DNA from: an uncultured Gemmatimonadales bacterium
Lineage (GTDB): Bacteria; Gemmatimonadota; Gemmatimonadetes; Gemmatimonadales; Gemmatimonadaceae
Reading direction: 5' to 3'
Length of the DNA: 64,000 nucleotides
NCBI GenBank assembly: GCA_963793305.1
Contig: CAWBZV010000003.1
Location: 1,510,634-1,574,633 of the forward strand
Shown: positions 59,490 through 64,000 of the stretch, in pieces
Numbering within the stretch: the stretch's first letter is position 1
Layout: every line of letters starts with the position of its first letter
The notes under the pieces: generated by a model
What the model was told of the DNA's origin: nothing
The model's input: only the letters and a program-made list of their open reading frames with translations
The model's database searches: none
Translations under genes and position numbers: made by a program

Positions 59490-60731
59490 TCACTCGCGCA
59501 GAACGTTGTGCTTGCGGAGAACGGCCTGGAGCTCGGCGTGCGGGATGCCGAACGACTTCCAGTAGTCGGCGCCGGTCATCGTCTCGGCGGCGATCATCGC
59601 GTTGTCCACCGCTTCCTCGGTGGCCTGCACGGTCGCCAGGAACAATGGGTCGATGCGGTCGCTGACGAGCCGCTGGACCGTGGCGACCGGTGGGTGGTCG
59701 GACGCCGTGCTATTCCCATTGTCCGCGCCAGTGTTCGCGGTCGAGAAGGCAAGGAACAGATCGCCGGAGCCGTTACCGTGAATCGAGCCGGTGCGACCAA
59801 GGCCGAGTGGAACGCGCTTGGCGAGCCGCTTGAGTTGATCGGGTGTGAGCGGCGCGTCGGTCGCTACGATGACGATGATCGAGCCACGCTCGGCCTCTTC
59901 CGGGCTCTCATCGATCGCGCTCGTCTGACGATCGCAGAGCGGTGCCGGCTGACCGTCGCCGCGAAGCACCGGCGGGTCGAGGAGACGCGCGACACAGCCA
60001 GTCGGATACCCGGCGATCTCGCGACCGACCGTGATGCCTGCCATACGAAACTCCGAGCGGTTGCCGTAGTTGCACTGTACCAGGACGCCGACCGTATAGC
60101 CGCCCAGCTCCGCGCTCAGGCGGCGTGACGATGTGCCAGTGCCGCCCTTGAAGCCGTTGCACTGCATACCGGTGCCGCCGCCGACGTTCCCCTCCCGCAC
60201 GGGGCCGCCGTGAGCGGAGTCCAGTGCCTGGAGAGCATGCTCGCGCTTGACGTGCTGCCCCTTCATGTCGTTGAGGCGCTGGTCCGAGGTCTCGGCCACC
60301 AGCGGGTACCAGAACGGGCCGGCGCGGTTGCGCGAGACCATCCACTCGACGACGGCGTCGCGGACCACGCCGACGCTCAGCGTGTTGGTGATCATGATCG
60401 GCGTCTCGAGCACGCCACTCTCATCCACCCAATGCGTGCCGGTCATGTCGCCATTGCCATTGCCCGAATAGAAGGCCGCGAACACACCATCGGTCGATGC
60501 CTTACCGCGCGGGAGAATGGCGGTGACACCGGTGCGGACCGGGCCGCGGCCGACGATGCGTTTGCCATCGCCGGCGATCAGCGTCACGAAGCCGACCTCG
60601 ACGCCGGCGACGTCAGTGATCGCATTCAACGGGCCAGGCGTCCCATCGAATGGGACGCCCAGGTCGCGGGCGCGGGGCTGCTGTGCCATGAGCGGGGGTG
60701 CAAGGAGGACCATCAGTGCAGTGCGGCGCAT
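59490..60731 (-). CDS. dmpA: P1/S58 family peptidase (DmpA-like), second copy
   Basis: PRARDLG, NAITDVAGVEVG, NGNGDMTG, FKGGTGTSSR, GSIIVIVATDAP, NGSGD. Confidence 0.9.
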   Translation of the reverse strand: MRRTALMVLLAPPLMAQQPRARDLGVPFDGTPGPLNAITDVAGVEVGFVTLIAGDGKRIVGRGPVRTGVTAILPRGKASTDGVFAAFYSGNGNGDMTGTHWVDESGVLETPIMITNTLSVGVVRDAVVEWMVSRNRAGPFWYPLVAETSDQRLNDMKGQHVKREHALQALDSAHGGPVREGNVGGGTGMQCNGFKGGTGTSSRRLSAELGGYTVGVLVQCNYGNRSEFRMAGITVGREIAGYPTGCVARLLDPPVLRGDGQPAPLCDRQTSAIDESPEEAERGSIIVIVATDAPLTPDQLKRLAKRVPLGLGRTGSIHGNGSGDLFLAFSTANTGADNGNSTASDHPPVATVQRLVSDRIDPLFLATVQATEEAVDNAMIAAETMTGADYWKSFGIPHAELQAVLRKHNVLRE

Positions 60732-60754
60732 GTTCGTTAAAATACGTTGCGCCC

Positions 60755-62143
60755 ATGACCAACGCATCAGAATTACGGCGTATCGCCGCGTTCTCGGATT
60801 TACCGGACGCTGAAATTCAGTGGTTTCTGAGCCACGCCGAGGAGGTGTCTCTTCGGGCCGGAGAGATCTTCGTACGGCAAGGCGATCCGCCGGATTGGAT
60901 GTTCGTCCTGCTGGACGGACTCTTTCAGTGGTACGGAGAGTTCGGTGGAGACACCGTCGCACTCCCGGCCCAAGCCGGTGAGATCAATGGCGTGTTTCCA
61001 TTCTCCAGGATGGAGCGGTTCACCGTATCCTGCCGGGCCTTGAGCGACGGCCGGATCCTCAGATTCCCCGCCGCGCTGCATCCGGAGCTGATCCAGAAGA
61101 TGCCGGAGTTGACGCCGCGGTTGGTCGCCTTGATGTCCGACCGCATCCGCGAAGGCACCCGCATCGAGCAACAACGCGATCGGGTGATCTCATTGGGCAA
61201 GCTCTCCTCCGGCCTCGCCCACGAGCTGAACAACCCTGCGTCGGCCGCCACGCGCGCGGCCGATCAGATGCGCGAGACGCTCGCTACCATGCGCAGTGCG
61301 AACGCGGAATTGTGGCGGAGCCCGGTGAACGATTCGCAGAAAGCCCATATCGACGACGCGGAAGCGTCGCTGCTGCAAGCCCGCGCGCCGTTGGATGGAC
61401 TCGCACTCAGCGACCTGGAAGAAACGCTGGACTCGATGTTGCGCCATCATGGTTTCGCCGATTCCTGGCAGCTCTCGGGCACCTTGGCGCGATGCGGCAT
61501 GCGTCCGGAGTCCTTGGCCGCTGTGCTGAGGGACCTCGACGTCGACACAGCCCGACCCGCGCTCATGCGAATGGCCGCGTCCGCGGAACTGTCGGCTCTT
61601 CTTGGCACGATCGAGCGTAGCACAGCCCGAGTCTCCAAGTTGATCGACACGGTCAAGGCGTACAGCTCCATGGATCAGGCGTCCATTCAGGACATTGACG
61701 TTGTCCAGAGCCTCGAAACTACGCTTAACGCTTTGACACACATACTCCAGCCGCGCATCAGCGTGCACCGTTCCTATCAGCCGACCCCATTGCTGGTCAA
61801 AACGGTGGGCGCGGAATTGAGCCAGGTATGGACGAACCTGATCGAGAACGCCGTCGAAGCCATGCTCGGCGTGGGTGAGCTTCGGCTTCGCACGTTCCGC
61901 GATGACCACTATGTCGCCGTCGAAATCGGCGACACCGGCCCCGGCATGCCCCCCGACGTCCAGTCTCACATCTTTGATCCTTTCTTCACGACCAAGGGCG
62001 TGGGCGCTGGCACGGGTCTCGGGCTCAACACCGTGCGGACCATCGTGAGAAAGCACGGCGGTGCGATTCACGTCAGTTCAAAGCCGGGAGACACTCGCTT
62101 TCAGGTGTGGCTTCCCTGGGCGGACCCGGGGTCGACTCCCTGA
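60755..62143 (+). CDS. cNMP-binding domain sensor histidine kinase
   Basis: N-terminal cNMP domain; GLAHELNNPA; QVWTNLIENA; DTGPG; FDPFFTTK; GTGLGL. Confidence 0.92.
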   Translation: MTNASELRRIAAFSDLPDAEIQWFLSHAEEVSLRAGEIFVRQGDPPDWMFVLLDGLFQWYGEFGGDTVALPAQAGEINGVFPFSRMERFTVSCRALSDGRILRFPAALHPELIQKMPELTPRLVALMSDRIREGTRIEQQRDRVISLGKLSSGLAHELNNPASAATRAADQMRETLATMRSANAELWRSPVNDSQKAHIDDAEASLLQARAPLDGLALSDLEETLDSMLRHHGFADSWQLSGTLARCGMRPESLAAVLRDLDVDTARPALMRMAASAELSALLGTIERSTARVSKLIDTVKAYSSMDQASIQDIDVVQSLETTLNALTHILQPRISVHRSYQPTPLLVKTVGAELSQVWTNLIENAVEAMLGVGELRLRTFRDDHYVAVEIGDTGPGMPPDVQSHIFDPFFTTKGVGAGTGLGLNTVRTIVRKHGGAIHVSSKPGDTRFQVWLPWADPGSTP

Positions 62144-62273
62144 TCAACGCGCGGGTGTGATCAGTCGAAATCGGACACCGGGGACTGTGACGCAGCCGGC
62201 GCATGGCGTCGCCTCCCGTTTCGCTCCATACTATCGCGATCTTCGTCGCCATCGCTCCCGGAGGCACTTCGTC

Positions 62274-62810
62274 ATGATGCGTTCGATCACGTTGCTATCT
62301 CTCGCCTTCGTCTTGGGCATCGCACCTTCGCATCCCGTTGCTGCCACCGCGCCGTCGGTACTAGCGGCGGATCGCGAGATCTGGACGATGGTGATCGGCT
62401 ACGTCACCGCGGCCGCCGAGCAGGTGCCGGACTCGAGCTACTCGTATCGCCCGGCGCCGACGGTGCGCACCTTCGGCCAGCTCGTCGCGCACATCGCCGG
62501 CTCCCAGGACATGTTCTGCGCCCAGGCACTCGGCGAGCAGGCGCACGCCTCGGACGAGATCGAGAGGACCATCACCGGAAAGGCCGCATTGGTCGCGGCG
62601 CTCAAGGCCTCCACCGCGCACTGCCAAAAGGCGTACGCGATGAGCGACGCCGACGCGATGAAACGGACCGTCAAGACGTTCGCTGGCGAGCGGTCCGCGC
62701 TCTGGGCGTTGCTCTACAGTACGGTGCACGACAACGAGCACTATGGAAACATTGTCACCTACATGCGCATGCTCGGCATGGTACCACCGTCGAGTCAGCC
62801 GGCGCGCTAG
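62274..62810 (+). CDS. secreted DinB family protein
   Basis: GGAGG RBS; YSYRP...VRTFGQLVAHIA; HDNEHYGNIVTYMRMLGMVPPS. Confidence 0.88.
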   Translation: MMRSITLLSLAFVLGIAPSHPVAATAPSVLAADREIWTMVIGYVTAAAEQVPDSSYSYRPAPTVRTFGQLVAHIAGSQDMFCAQALGEQAHASDEIERTITGKAALVAALKASTAHCQKAYAMSDADAMKRTVKTFAGERSALWALLYSTVHDNEHYGNIVTYMRMLGMVPPSSQPAR

Positions 62811-63346
62811 GCGCCGAGCGAAGCGAGCAGCGCCTGACCTTCGGGCCAGGCGCCGAGCTTGGAGTCGGAGTTGATGTGTCCACGGTTGCCGACATCAACG
62901 AACCGACTGCCCCATGCCCGCGCGAACGCCTCGGCGCGAGCCGCGCTGACCCAGATGTCATCGCGGCTCGCCACGACAATGGTCGCGAACGACAACGGTT
63001 CCAGCGGCATCGGCCTGAATCCGTCAGTCCCGGGCGGATAGTTCGGTGCCTCGACATCGCTCGGCGCGACCAGCAACGCCCCACGCACTTTCTCGCGCGT
63101 CCCCGCTCCAGCGGTCGCAGCCCAGTGCGCAACGGTAGCGCACCCCAAGCTATGTGCCGCCAACACGACGTCGCCCGCCGCTACTCCGATAGCCTGATCG
63201 AGCGCCTCGACCCAGTCGACGCGTCGCGGCGTCTGCCAGTCCGACTGCTCTACACGCCGACAATCCGTACGCTCGCCTTCCCAGTACGACTGCCAGTGCT
63301 CCGGGCCCGAATTCCAGAGGCCTGGAATGAGCAATACCTCGGTCAT
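62807..63346 (-). CDS. RBBP9/YdeN family alpha/beta hydrolase
   Basis: PGLWNSGPEHWQ, AHSLGC, GHINSDS. Confidence 0.92.
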   Translation of the reverse strand: MTEVLLIPGLWNSGPEHWQSYWEGERTDCRRVEQSDWQTPRRVDWVEALDQAIGVAAGDVVLAAHSLGCATVAHWAATAGAGTREKVRGALLVAPSDVEAPNYPPGTDGFRPMPLEPLSFATIVVASRDDIWVSAARAEAFARAWGSRFVDVGNRGHINSDSKLGAWPEGQALLASLGA

Positions 63347-63913
63347 AGGGGCGCGCGGAGTGCAGCCATGACCCGCGCGTAACTCCTCAAATCGATATGA
63401 CGTTCGGCCAACAATGTCCCGGCGGCGCCGCTGGCTACTATGATCTTGAATTCTTCGGTCGGCATTGTCTGCAGGTACAAGTCCGGCGGGGAGATATCAA
63501 TGTTGGTCGGGCTCGCGTAGACCGCGATCTGGATTTGCCCGGCGGCATACGCATAGGTGAATGTCTCGAGGTAATCGAAAGCGACACTCACTGGCAGCGG
63601 CGTCCACTCGCTCGTCGAGTCGGCCGTTGAATCCGTGCTGATGTAGACAAGCACCAGACCGTTGGCCGCGATCGCCGACGTGATCGCGGGAACGCTGATG
63701 GTGGCGACCCGCGTCGAACGTCGCAAATGGCCCAGAGCTGATGGGAACGGTCCAGACGGTGTCGTGGTACATTGAGTCCACGAGCGTAATCGTATCGGTG
63801 ACGACGCTGGCGTTGTTGAGCGGTCCTGTGGAGGATGATGATCCGCCACACGCCACGACAGCCAGGCTCAGTGACACCGCCAGAGCCAGCAGGAGCGGGC
63901 GATCGTTCGTCAT
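63343..63913 (-). CDS. hypothetical lipoprotein, +1 frameshift near 63716-63722
   Basis: Lipobox VVAC in the 63497..63952 frame; continues in the 63343..63849 frame (ISVPAIT...GLVLVY...WTPLP). Confidence 0.65.
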
Positions 63914-64000
63914 GGCTTGTTCCGCGTTGAGGACAACATCACATTCCGACATTCATTGGCATATGATGCGGGGCGGATGCGTTCCGCGACAGGTGCAACG

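Noticed and set aside
849..62071. Many long antisense or alternate-frame ORFs (e.g. 849..1835+, 3286..4494-, 4737..6062-, 17112..18413-, 45770..47125-, 61190..62071-)
   Set aside because: Arg/Ala/Gly-rich shadows of real genes, expected at high GC; no motifs.
272..63913. Frameshifted genes as true pseudogenes or programmed frameshifts
   Set aside because: Single-base indels with otherwise intact motifs, no in-frame stops and no slippery heptamers; sequencing or consensus error is more parsimonious.
1..64000. Prophage, IS, integron, tRNA or rRNA
   Set aside because: No integrase, transposase, phage structural genes, attC-like arrays or RNA-gene signatures recognised; intergenic spaces are mostly too short.

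Overview
GC-rich, very gene-dense bacterial chromosomal segment with about 75 CDS. No rRNA, tRNA, CRISPR, integrase or transposase was seen. The gene content (DUF5916/CBM9 outer-membrane protein, HEAT-repeat protein, FadL plus SGNH lipoprotein, PadR plus ADOP permease, many peptidases) suggests Gemmatimonadota or a similar soil lineage; this is inference. Most of the window is accessory metabolism: peptidases, an OPT transporter, SDRs, GNATs, DinB proteins, paaI-paaK, a citrate synthase pair and MerR/ArsR/MocR/PadR regulators. The best candidate for a new system is at 20.65-23.52 kb. Two tandem, full-length paralogous cytoplasmic TPR-like proteins converge on a 43-aa ORF missing from the ORF track (23361-23492, minus strand). 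That ORF has a strong SD, a lipoprotein signal peptide and a C-terminal Cys-bracketed tail (CGGAVTAGSGNSC), resembling an RRNPP-like peptide/receptor signalling cassette in a diderm bacterium. Other notable items: an orphan R-S-E ADP-ribosyltransferase, an orphan Hcp-like gene, an orphan HicA-like gene, a 14-bp tandem repeat, and widespread leaderless promoter architecture. About 8 frameshifts are present; 5-6 of them are +1 insertions at GACGTC, probably a sequencing artefact that may reveal a host methylation motif. All family calls come from motif recognition by eye; no searches were run.
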